A stretch of 54,267 bases of DNA, filler included, from Stramenopiles sp. TOSAG23-2 (lineage: Eukaryota): assembly GCA_900128395.1 (NCBI GenBank). It is 4 parts of 4 records of this genome, joined end to end, with 100 filler letters (N's around TTAATTAATTAA, not from the genome) between each part and the next. Parts side by side here need not be neighbours in the genome. Positions count along the whole stretch, not along the records: positions 13,676 to 27,180 come from LT649798.1; positions 27,281 to 40,728 come from LT649800.1; 2 more parts are not named here. The stretch is one strand, 5' to 3'. Numbering within the stretch: the stretch's first letter is position 1; each line of letters starts with the position of its first letter. Positions 22,607 through 33,215 of the stretch are shown in pieces. Below the pieces are notes generated by a model. That model was not told the origin of the DNA. It was given only the letters and a program-made list of their open reading frames with translations, and did no database searches. Both the position numbers and the translations under genes were made by a program.

Positions 22607-23365
22607 TCAATTCAACGCTTTATCCGTCTCTTTTGCATCAACTAATTTCTTTTTTGGCCCCGACATCATCTGCTTTAATTTTTCTAATTCATCCATTAAT
22701 TTTTCTGCTTCTTCATATGCAGCCTCTTCTGCATCTTCATCATCTTCTTCCATTGCAGCCATGGCACGATTATTTGCATCTTCGATATTTGCTTGTAATT
22801 CACTAATTTTTGCATCAATATCAACTGCATTTGCTTCAGCTTCGATTTTTTTAATATACTCTTTCTTTTCCTTATTTAAACGCTTTACCTCTGCTCTAGC
22901 AGCTTTCCATGCAACTTTGTCATCTTTTGATGCATTCACTTTTGCTTTTGCTTCTAAAATTGCTTTTTCAATTGCCATCAGTGGATCATCCTGTCCTTCC
23001 TCATCTGGCATATTTTCTGGAACAAATGTCAAATCAACAGGTGTAATTTCACCTGATTTTATTTTTTCCATTTTTCGTTTTAAAATTTCTAAATTTAATC
23101 CAAAACCAATATCTTCATACCCTTTTATAGCTTCAGTAAGTAATTTGTCATCGCACTTCCAAACACCTATAAAATCCTTAAGGACATTGACGCATACAAT
23201 CATACAATTAATTTCTAATGTATATGCAAGTGCGTCTTCCATGCGTTTCAATTCAGCTGCATATGGACGATCTTCTAGCAATAAGCTTATTTGAGCCGAT
23301 ATGGCTTGGCCACTGCAACGATACATTCCAGGCAAAGTTTTTGCATGATTATCAACTGTTTCACG
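22607..23365 (-). CDS. Unknown coiled-coil protein, 3' portion; 5' part disrupted by a foreign 93-bp insert
   Basis: Long E/K/A-rich ORF; its apparent N-terminus is a copy of lipase sequence. Confidence 0.6.
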   Translation of the reverse strand, partial: RETVDNHAKTLPGMYRCSGQAISAQISLLLEDRPYAAELKRMEDALAYTLEINCMIVCVNVLKDFIGVWKCDDKLLTEAIKGYEDIGFGLNLEILKRKMEKIKSGEITPVDLTFVPENMPDEEGQDDPLMAIEKAILEAKAKVNASKDDKVAWKAARAEVKRLNKEKKEYIKKIEAEANAVDIDAKISELQANIEDANNRAMAAMEEDDEDAEEAAYEEAEKLMDELEKLKQMMSGPKKKLVDAKETDKALN

Positions 23366-23458
23366 ACATTTACTGACACAACCGGAAATAGGTAATAAAA
23401 TTGCATTAATGCATTTTTTCTTCAATTTTTCAACAGAGACCATTGGTGAACCTAAGAC
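23366..23458 (-). repeat. Exact inverted 93-bp copy of lipase coding segment 19865-19957
   Basis: Encodes the identical VLGSPMVSVEKLKKKCINAILLPISGCVSKC. Confidence 0.95.
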
Positions 23459-23871
23459 CATATACCCAAATCCTCTTCTCCTTTCTTCTTTAAATACGCG
23501 TAAACTTCCAATGCAATAAATATATATACAATTAGTTGTATATGATTCTTCGTTAAATTAAGTAAGATAGATTGATATATATAAGTATAACTATAATTAG
23601 AAATGATCCATATAGAATCACAAATACAGATATATATATTATTTCATATATTAATATCTATATCCTGTAAATATATCAATATTTCTATGTCCAATAGCAC
23701 AACCACAATACAATGATGTGCACATGTGTGTGGGTTTTTCGTTTATCGTTTTAGTTTGTCATCGTGTTTCCGTTTTTAATAACACCCACACAGCACCGCC
23801 ACAGCAAATTGTAAAAATGAAGAAGCATTTTTTCCGATGATAATTTACCTGTTCTTACAGCTTACAGACGA

Positions 23872-24146
23872 CTATGAAACATTTTGACGGCTTGTATCCC
23901 TTGCTGTGTCAATGCTATTAATTAGCAGGTGCATAGCAGTGAAAATGGATGGAAAATTGGGACGTGATTTATATAGAAATAATTGATCACTAACAAGTAT
24001 AAGCTTCCTATCAAAAGGCAAAAATGATTTTATATAGATTTCCCCCACTATGCACCTGCTAATACATATAGTATCCCTTGCTATGTATCTGCTAATTAAT
24101 AGCATTGTGACACAGCAAGGGATACAAGCGTCAAAATGTTTCATAG
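23872..24146. mobile_element. Foldback/MITE-like element with ~60-bp TIRs
   Basis: CTATGAAACATTTTGACGGCTTGTATCCCTTGCTGTGTCAATGCTATTAATTAGCAG vs reverse complement of ~24089-24146; internal subrepeats. Confidence 0.7.
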
Positions 24147-24499
24147 CGTGTTAGATTTATACTTGAAGTGGAAATTAGACTATTAAAAAGATTTCTCCGG
24201 ATGATTTTTTCTTCTTGTTTTTTTGGATGGAAAAAAGTGAGGGGCGGGTCACAGAAATACATATAGAAATGAATATGAATGTGTACACATGAAGGATTGA
24301 CGATCATGCTTGTGTAGATAAATAGATTATTAACATTGTTTATACAAAAAACATTCTAACATTTAAGAAGCGAGTCACTCTCTCTCTCTCTCTTTGTCTG
24401 TGTGTGCGTGTGTTTTTGTTTGTAACACGAGTTTGTTTATTTTGTTGGTTTTGGGGTTTTTCATTATTTTTTTTTTTAGTTTGTTACAATAATTAAATT

Positions 24500-25991
24500 A
24501 TGAATCGTTATTATTATTATTATCATTATAACATGATGTTCATAATATTATTATTATTATCATCGTTCTCAATATCAAATGCCATTGATATAGATATACA
24601 TAAACATACAATCAGAAATAGACTTCATATACATAAAAAAAGTCAACTTTATCATCGTAGTAGTAGTAGTAGCAGCAGCAGCAGAACGAATAATGAACGA
24701 ACAAATAATGTATTAGAACCAGCTTCATCAGAAGAAATGGAAAAAATGATGTCATCCTCAGGGATTATACAAACAAAAACCGATCATTATAATAATAATG
24801 GAATAAATATAGAAGATAAAGATGATCATCAACAAACATTAAAAGAAATAGAAGATAAACGACAATTTAAATTTAAAACAGCAAAGGAAGTCATTGTACA
24901 ATCACAATTGACAAATGATTTATTAGCATTAGAAACGAAAACATTATGTGATGAAGAATATATAAATACGATGGATATAATTACTGCATCTGATCCATGG
25001 GGTATGATGGCAGAAGATTTATATGATGAAAAAGTTGCAAGAAACATATATGTTGAAACATTGGCGGAGTCGTTACGTGTGAAAAATATACAAGTTGCAT
25101 ATTTATCAAAAACTATTGAAGTATTATCTCGTCAACGTTATCGATTGTATAAAAAATTTACAAGAAATATATTATCACAAATAAACATATACCAAGCACA
25201 ATTTGCATTGCAAGGTACTTTATATGAAATGAAATCGTTTAAATTAACACCAGATGAATTAAAATCATTATTAAAAACATCATATACAGAAGAAATGAAT
25301 AATTTAGATAAATTATATCGCCAAGCCGCGGATGTAAGTACATTAACTTATATATATACACACACACAATCATTTTATCCCTCTAACAAGATTTAATAAT
25401 TACATTTCATAGCTTTATGATTTAACATTAAAACGTCGTGATGAATTAGATAACAATTTACAAACAGCACGTAAATATGTATATGAAATTCAAATAAAGG
25501 AGGAAAAAGAAATGAAACAATTATATAAATATTCGGAAATGATGGATGAAAATTTATATGCTGCATGTTCCGGGTTTCGAAATACAACTAGTCAAAGCGT
25601 ATCTGTTCTAGTAAAAGCATTAAGTAGTTTAGAAGATGGTGCTATGTTATCTCAAGCATCTTTTGACATTGGTAGACCTGAACATGTATTTAATTTCAGT
25701 CAATTATTAACACGTCATGAAATGGAGGAAAAACAAAGTCAAAAAATGGATATCATGAATAAAGATGATGATAATAATAATAATAGCAGTAGTAGTACGA
25801 AGAAGAAGAAGTCTTCCTCCAATAAGAAAAAGGAGAAGAAGAAGAAGAAGAAGAAGAAGACGAATAGTGATAAAGGCGATGCTATTACAATTATGCAAAA
25901 ATTAAAACAGGAAGAAAAAGAGGACGAAGCAGATAAAGGAAAACATCCAACAGGTTTATCAACATTTTTCAATCGATGGTTGCGTTTATAA
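24500..25991 (+). CDS. Secreted hypothetical coiled-coil protein; exons 24500-25333 and 25413-25991
   Basis: Signal peptide MMFIILLLLSSFSISNA; intron 25334-25412 (GTAAGT, CTAAC, CATAG) joins the two ORFs in frame. Confidence 0.75.
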
Positions 25992-26321
25992 AAAGGAGAT
26001 CTCTCCAAGAGAAGTACACGTATTATGTAATCATAAAAAATGTACACGGAAGCTTCGTAGAGGAAAATTAACGTAAAATATTTTTAAATTTACGACCAGC
26101 AGGTTCGTATTATATCATTTATATCAAATACATAAATTACGAGGAAACGAATTTATATGACCATAATATTAATTAAAAAATTAGAAGAGAGATAGTCTTT
26201 TTGTAGTTTTTTGTGTGGATTTATAAAATGTTTCATTTTTTTTTAATTCTTTATTAATACATTTTTAAAAATAAAACACACACACACACACACAGCAGTG
26301 TTATTCTCAATTCTCAATTTT

Positions 26322-27180
26322 TCATACACTTGCCTGCTTGCTATTTTTATCATCTCCATTATCACCAACAACAATAGCTTTAGCATTGTTAATAGTATCT
26401 GTTAATTCTATTTCTACATCATCACCTTCATCTTCTTCTGTATTTTTTTTTTGTTGAACGACCTGTTTTTTGCCACGAGTATTTACTGCATTTTTTGCCT
26501 CTGTTGCATTGAAATAAAACGTAATGGCAGCAATAAACAATATTACAGTAACCCATAAATATGAATAAAAACTTTCAAAGTTATTTCCAGAACCATATAA
26601 TACTACTGATATGATAGGTGAACACATTTTACCAAGTTCACTAAATGTTTTCGTTATTCCTTGTACGGTTGCAACTGCATCCGGTGCATGTTTTTCTGCT
26701 AATGAAGCTGTTACCATATTCATTGCTGGCATACATGTTATAGCTGAGATAAAAAATATTGCAGTAAATACCATCCAAATATATAAATTGTATTCAAAAA
26801 AAAACGAAGTAGCAAATACAATACTAGCCGGCAATAAAAATACAGGAAACATTTTATGCGGTCCAAGTGTTTTAAATGCCCATGGAAAGATTTTAACATT
26901 AGCAATTATCATACAAACCATTGTAATGATATGAAATCCAGCCAATCCACCTGGCGTTAATTTATGTTTCTGTACCATCATCGTCATGCCAACTGCTTGA
27001 TTATGTCCTACAGCAGAACCAACTGCAATATTTATAAAAGCAACGCATTTAAAAGTGGTTGTTTGTAAAACTTTTTTTGGATTTGGTTTCTTTTTTTTCT
27101 TTATTTTGCTATCTTTATTTTCTTCACCGCTTTTATTATCATTATGAAGAACAACAATTGCTTCTGGATCTGGTACTTAT
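26322..27180 (-). CDS. MFS transporter, C-terminal half (cut by contig end)
   Basis: About six TM helices; VATVQGITKTFSELGKMCSP; frame open upstream toward the gap. Confidence 0.75.
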
Positions 27181-27280
27181 NNNNNNNNNNNNNNNNNNNN
27201 NNNNNNNNNNNNNNNNNNNNNNNNTTAATTAATTAANNNNNNNNNNNNNNNNNNNNNNNNNNNNNNNNNNNNNNNNNNNN
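27181..27280. other. Artificial contig linker
   Basis: N44-TTAATTAATTAA-N44. Confidence 0.97.
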
Positions 27281-27335
27281 TATTTTCATAAAAGTTGAAT
27301 ATGCTAGCATCTTCATTAAATAAACCCACGCCGAT
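27281..27335 (-). repeat. Exact inverted copy of 27489-27543 at contig start (likely chimera)
   Basis: 55-bp reverse-complement identity. Confidence 0.9.
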
Positions 27336-27425
27336 CTTACGTATCATGATACTGAGTTAAATGCAAAGATAGACTTTAAGTATCTTGCGCAACAATATGG
27401 GCTTGATGATATAGATTTCTGGCCT

Positions 27426-27848
27426 TTGTATTTTAACCACAATAAACCAGATTTGGTATACATCAGCAAAGGAAATCATGACATTAGAATCGGCGTGGGT
27501 TTATTTAATGAAGATGCTAGCATATTCAACTTTTATGAAAATACGTTAACTTTGCTTGGTACAATACGCCGATATTATGACGGGCCGATCATATGGAGAC
27601 ATAACTATTGGTGGTGTTGTGGCCCAGGAGCGTCACACCCTACCTTCCGTTACCGTGCTGCGGTACAAAAAATATTGAAACAATATCCAAATGTTATACC
27701 ATTAGATGGGTATAGAATTACTGAAAATGGATGTGGAAATGAAGGCCAGCCTGGAAGACCATCTGATACGGTACATTACCCTGCGAAGATATCGCCATTG
27801 GTATGGGAAAGTGTGGTAAGATACGCATGTCGTGAGTGTTGCCAGTAA
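27426..27848 (+). CDS. SGNH/PC-esterase-like protein, C-terminal fragment
   Basis: PDLVYISKGNHD, PIIWR, LDGY, DTVHYP (DxxH); start is TTG, so the N-terminus is missing. Confidence 0.65.
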   Translation: MYFNHNKPDLVYISKGNHDIRIGVGLFNEDASIFNFYENTLTLLGTIRRYYDGPIIWRHNYWWCCGPGASHPTFRYRAAVQKILKQYPNVIPLDGYRITENGCGNEGQPGRPSDTVHYPAKISPLVWESVVRYACRECCQ

Positions 27849-28004
27849 TATTTGGCCAACAAGGGCACTGATTATGCTAATTTTTACAAGAGAGTTATTA
27901 ATTAGAATTTTCATACTGTGTATCATTGTGTCATTTTCTAAATACGAGTATATTATACATATTGTTCACACAGTACGTTTTATGGCATCTTCTTGGCTTT
28001 ATAT

Positions 28005-28221
28005 TTAAGATGGTTAAAATCTAAAGTTAATAAATAATTTTACTACTTCCCGGTGCTAAGTATATGATAATATGCTCAATACTCAATCGCAAGAATAATA
28101 TTCTATGATAAATCCTACTATGATACAGTATGATACTCGTATTAGTAAAGCTCTAATGCACCTTCTGCAAACTAAATACTCTACAAGTATGAGTGGGTTT
28201 CTATCCTTCCGTGCGCACTCG
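28005..28221 (-). mobile_element. Repeat family A copy flanked by a 14-bp direct repeat (TSD)
   Basis: TCTTGGCTTTATAT at 27991-28004 and 28222-28235; body is the reverse complement of 28360-28533. Confidence 0.7.
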
Positions 28222-28359
28222 TCTTGGCTTTATATATAAATGTACGCGTATTTATAAAAAACAAATCGGGAATAGTTACCGGTTGTTGTTCACAACAGGA
28301 TCTTTCACTTCGACAACCTCACCGTTTTCGAATGGACCCGACGTCCAGCGCGTTCAACA

Positions 28360-28533
28360 AGTGCGCGCGGAAGGATAGAAACCTACTCGTGCTTGTAGAG
28401 TATTAGTTTGCAGAGGTGCATTAGAGCTTTACTATAGTATCATAGGATAGAATATTATTCTTGCGATTGAGTATTGAGCATACTACTTAACACGGGAAGT
28501 GTAAAATTATTTATAACTTAGATTTTAAACATC
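28360..28533 (+). mobile_element. Repeat family A copy in opposite orientation, followed by an A-rich tract
   Basis: AGTGCGCGCGGAAGGATAGAAACC...TAACTTAGATTTTAAACATC then ATAAAAACAAAACAACA. Confidence 0.7.
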
Positions 28534-28893
28534 ATAAAAACAAAACAACACTGGCATTCCATCCAATCTATGATTGTTATTGAGCAACATACATGATATT
28601 AGGAAGAATGACAATAATAATAACATGATTTCAAATGAATATAAACCGAATTTACTTGATATGTTATCCTTAAACTTGGGTTTCATTATATAAATGATTG
28701 ACTGGTATTTTTACCCATTTTAAGGCAAAATCAATTTTACTATACATTGTAGTGTACGGAGTAAGGAGTGACTTTTATAGCTGTACGCAGTGCTACCCTC
28801 TAAACCGTGTCAAAACTAAAACTGTGCAAACCGTGTCAAAACTGTGCACTTAACACTATTCACTATGGGGAAAATATTCATAATTTTTTCTAT

Positions 28894-29087
28894 ATTTTCG
28901 GATATTTGCTATTTTTTCCAAAATATATGAAAAATAAAATTGGCATTTTAGAAAACGATACGTAGTAAAAAAAAAAAAATAAGAGANNNNNNNNNTATTT
29001 TCGGATATTTGCTATTTTTTCACAAATATATGAAAAATAAAATTGGCATTTTAGAAAACGATATGTAGTAAAAAAAAAAAATAAGAG
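28894..29087. repeat. Near-identical ~90-bp duplication either side of a 10-N gap
   Basis: TATTTTCGGATATTTGCT...AATAAGAGA twice; unmerged scaffold overlap or haplotypes. Confidence 0.85.
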
Positions 29088-29202
29088 ATTAGACTGAAAA
29101 ATGAATAGAAAGCATTTACAAATCAATTGAACACGTGTGATACAAACAACAACATATTCGTAAATTATACAGTGGAACCAGTCAAAGCAAGAAGAAGGAA
29201 TC

Positions 29203-31335
29203 ATGGATGAAAGTGATGATGTAGGTATTGACGTCCCGTTTATTTCGTGGTTGAATCGCCGTGAGATTTTAAATACAACGACGTGTGACGAAGATTGTGT
29301 AAATGAACATATGATTTTAGAGGTAATACCGACGTCTTTAAAGAATATACATGGTGGTCAACTTACTTCCGTTTGTACTATACTAGGCGATTCAAGAACT
29401 GGGAAATGTGTTGTTGTTGACCCAGGAACAGATGAGCCAGATATGATAATTGATATTATACATAGTCGCGGCTTAACCTCTATCGAGTACATATTAATAA
29501 GTCATGCACATATAACTTCATATTTTGCTGCATTTGCCTTACAGAAAGTATTTCAAACGGCACAAATTGCACTTCATAAAGATGATTTATTTCTATGGCG
29601 TTCGGCAGAAGTCCAATCAAATTTATTTGGTGTTGTGTTGCCAGGAGCGCCGAAAATTATGCCACCGCGATTTAGTGTTGATGAAACAAATTTTATGATG
29701 CCTGGCTCAAGAGGAATCGCTGTACAAAAATTGCAGCAGTGTTTGATAACGTTGGGACATATGGATAAAAGTGCTATTCAAGCTCAGTCAGGTGTATTTC
29801 GTCAAAGGACTGCTGAAGCTTTAAATCGTTTTAGGCGTTCTGTTGGTTTGATGGATGTGGTAGATGATGAAGGTGCGCAAAGTGATCGGGAGAAGCTAGA
29901 AGCATTGAGAAATTCAATGTATGGACATGCTGAATATGAAGCAATGGTAGAAGAGCTAACGTTATACTTTACGAATTTATTTGACAACGAAGAAGCCGAA
30001 AGAATAATGCAACAGGCTGGATTTGATGATGAGGCAGAGGCAAGAGGAAAAGAAGCTGTTGTGGGGGATGAGGTGAAAGGTAATTTCTTAAATCGTGGAA
30101 TATGGTTACCAGCTACCATTACAAGGGTAAGGAGAAATAATACTGTAGATCTACAATTTCATCATGGGGAAGAGGAACCTGGGGTTATTCGATCTAGAAT
30201 CGCTGGTGCTGGTAAGTGAATTTATTTATATTTCCCCTAATCAAATATAATTTTTATACATTACATTATTATTTAAAAATAATAATTTTTTTCTAACCAA
30301 CATGACATATTCGATTTTCTCTCTTTACTATGTATATATATATATATATACTCACACACTTACGCTCCGCAAGCATGGTGGAAAACAGATGGAACAGATT
30401 ATGAATGGTGGAGTGATCCCGATATTATATTGGAGCATGGAGAATTGTTGGAGGTAGAAGGCTGTAAAGACCTCAATGTGATGGTGCTGCATTCGCCAGG
30501 GCACACACCAGGTAGGTATATATTTTTATTCCATCATTATCAATAATAGAAAATGTGAAAAAATCTCTTCAATAGAATTAGATTACAAAATATAAGAGAT
30601 AATATACATCTTACGTCAAAAATGTTGCATCTTTAATGACTAACATGTATAATATTTTTCTTATATGCATCTATTTATATGCATATCGATGATATGTATG
30701 GCGTATGAAAAATACTAATCAATTGTTTTGTAGGAAGTGTATGTTATCACTTTATTAATGAGGAACTTTTGTGTACCGGACACACCCTTTTAAAAGGTGG
30801 CACAGGGCCATTAACTATAGGTGCAAATGTAACATCGTTGCTGAAAGAGGGGATACCACGTATAATGAAATTGTCAAGAGCAAATGCAGCATTAGACGAC
30901 GAGGAAAAAATGATTAAAGTATCCCCTTCAATGGGCCCAACAACATATTTGAATAATGAAATCGAGGACAATCCAATATTTAAAGCAAAGCAAAGGGAAC
31001 CTCAGCGTAGACCACCTCCCGTGAAACCGGAAGTTTCTACATTAAAAGTACCAAAAAGGATTGGGTGGGGCCCTGGTACACGGGGTCAAAATGTCTCAAT
31101 GTTACAATGGATTTTGATATATTTAGGATACATGTTGGAGGAAGACGTTGCATTTGCAGTGGGGTTTTTTGGTCCAAAAACTCGGTTGGGACTGCAAAAA
31201 TTTCAAGCCGAAATGGAAATTGTCCCAAATGAACCAGCAACATATGATAAGAAAACTAGAGAAATATTGAAAAAGACAGTAGATGAATATTTGTCGTCTT
31301 CTCCTAATAAAAAGAATAACAGATCAAAATTATAA
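29203..31335 (+). CDS. Metallo-beta-lactamase-fold (glyoxalase II/YcbL-like) protein with two peptidoglycan-binding domains and a Tudor-like domain; exons 29203-30211, 30374-30511, 30734-31335 (582 aa)
   Basis: VVVDPG, ILISHAH, LHKDD; exon 2 (absent from ORF track) PDIILEHGE...LHSPGHTPG; exon 3 SVCY...CTGHTL; PGBDs PGSRGIAVQKLQQCL..LG...GVF...T..AL..F and PGTRGQNVSMLQWIL..LGY...GFFGPKTRLGLQKFQ; both introns GT-AG, phase 1. Confidence 0.85.
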
Positions 31336-31427
31336 AGAAGATTTATAATAACGGTATTTTAAAAGATTGAGGGGAAGAAATAAGAAATGACAATTATTTT
31401 GCGTTGTTGTACAGCTACATATTAATC

Positions 31428-31484
31428 TATCATATCATATCATATCATATCATATCATATCATATCATATCATATCATATCATA
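31428..31484. repeat. (CATAT)n microsatellite
   Basis: About 11 perfect units. Confidence 0.95.
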
Positions 31485-32240
31485 GACATTTTTAAATTGC
31501 TTTATGTATATATATATATGAGTAAGAGAATTAATATATTCGTATGACATATCATACGTACATAATGATAATATACTCGTACGAATTCGTACTATATTAA
31601 AAGAGTATCAATTTTGCAGCGGGGCATGAAAGCTTTACTATTAGTAGGCAAGGTGGCAAAGATAACCTTTCGCCAATGCCAAACGGAAGATCTGAGATCC
31701 GCGAGATAAACTTTTTCCACCCTAGTTGGAGAGGATGTTTCGAAATTTTTTCTAAATGTAAGCGAAGTTTTGTTAACAAGTCTTTTCAAAAGTTTTAGAG
31801 AGATTTTTTTTAAATTTTGGATTAAATAAGTGGAATTGTGTTTTTTTATGTTCTACGCGCGTATACGTACATATTTTAAAAAAAGTTAATGCATGTATAT
31901 ATATACGTATATTATATATATGCATATAAATTGTACGTCCCGTACTTTGTAAAATACTACGAAATGAATTATTAATGCTAAAAATAATTACACACTGCTG
32001 ATGTGTCATCACAGAAATTTATTATGATAATAGATTTTGCCGTAGGCTGAGAAAATAGTGGAAAATATGCCAATGAAACAACTACAAATTCATATTATAT
32101 GTACATCATATATAAAAAACTATCATAAAAGTAAACTCTGGTAATAAAACAGAGAAATTCTTGGGGCAAGTTCGCAGCTGCCTACCACGACGCTCTCCTG
32201 GAGGTCCAAGATAGCGTAGCTACCGTAGGGACTCCATTGA

Positions 32241-32309
32241 GATTGAGTATTGAGCATATTACTTAGCACGGGAAGTAAAATTTTATATTTTATAACTTAG
32301 ATTTGAACC
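32241..32309 (+). repeat. Truncated copy of repeat family A
   Basis: GATTGAGTATTGAGCATATTACTTAGCACGGGAAGT...TATAACTTAGATTT matches 28465-28526. Confidence 0.8.
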
Positions 32310-32413
32310 TTTATTTATATTTTAATATTATTTATAAAATATTTTAAATAAATAATTGCATCTATTTTAATTTACCTCCAACAATGTTTTTATATCTTAA
32401 AAATATTGGCACC

Positions 32414-32490
32414 ACACTCTGTGGATTTCAATTTGAACTCTATTGCAGTGTTACGATTCGTTGTCCATCTTTCAGTTTAGTGGGACAGAT
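32414..32490 (+). repeat. Dispersed repeat family B
   Basis: ACACTCTGTGGATTTCAAT..GAACTCTAT...TTGTCCATCTTTCAGTTT also at 45649-45720 on another contig. Confidence 0.8.
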
Positions 32491-32999
32491 ATTATATTAT
32501 CTCAGTTATTGTATTCTTTCTGGAGAGTAGAAATTATCACATATATATATATGTGAGTAAATTAAAAAATAAGTTATGCCTTAAATTAATATATGATATA
32601 AATATATACTTCGTAAATAAAAATAATAAATTAAAAATAATGCATATTAAATTTTTATTTTATATAGTCTAGTCTAGTTATGTAGGATCTATAAAAATAG
32701 AAATTATATAAAAAGAAAAAAGATCGTAATTCTTGCAAAATTACGATGCTGTTTTTATATATTTTTTTATATAAAATAATAATATTTTTAAAAAATTTTT
32801 TATAAAATAAATAAATAAATTATATCATAATATGCATACAAATAAAACTTAGATTTTTAAAGATCATTATTACGAGAAGTAATATTTAAATAATACTTCG
32901 TATTGAATAATTAAAATGCATATGCAATTGACTCACATCATAATTTCTACTCTCCAAAAGAATAATGTAACTGAAGCAACCTGATCTATCTCACACTAT
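32478..32999. mobile_element. Degenerate ~520-bp foldback (family C)
   Basis: Arms TCAGTTATTGTATTCTTTCTGGAGAGTAGAAATTAT / ATAATTTCTACTCTCCAAAAGAATAATGTAACTGA; central palindrome ATCGTAATT-N7-AATTACGAT near 32735. Confidence 0.65.
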
Positions 33000-33215
33000 A
33001 ATAGTGTGTCAATACCTCATATATATATATATATGATATTCATATTTATAAATTTTAACCATCCTATGAATAATTTAAATAATATATATATATACGAACC
33101 GTATGTATACTATTGTATATAGCATTTCTACGCTTTTGGGCTCTAACTACATGTCGTGTATACGGTGCATTATGCGCGCGTGTCTCTTTTTTATTTTGTT
33201 TTGTATTTTGCAAGA

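Noticed and set aside
27281-27543. Inverted repeat as a biological hairpin
   Set aside because: Exact copy of coding sequence at a contig start; typical amplification chimera
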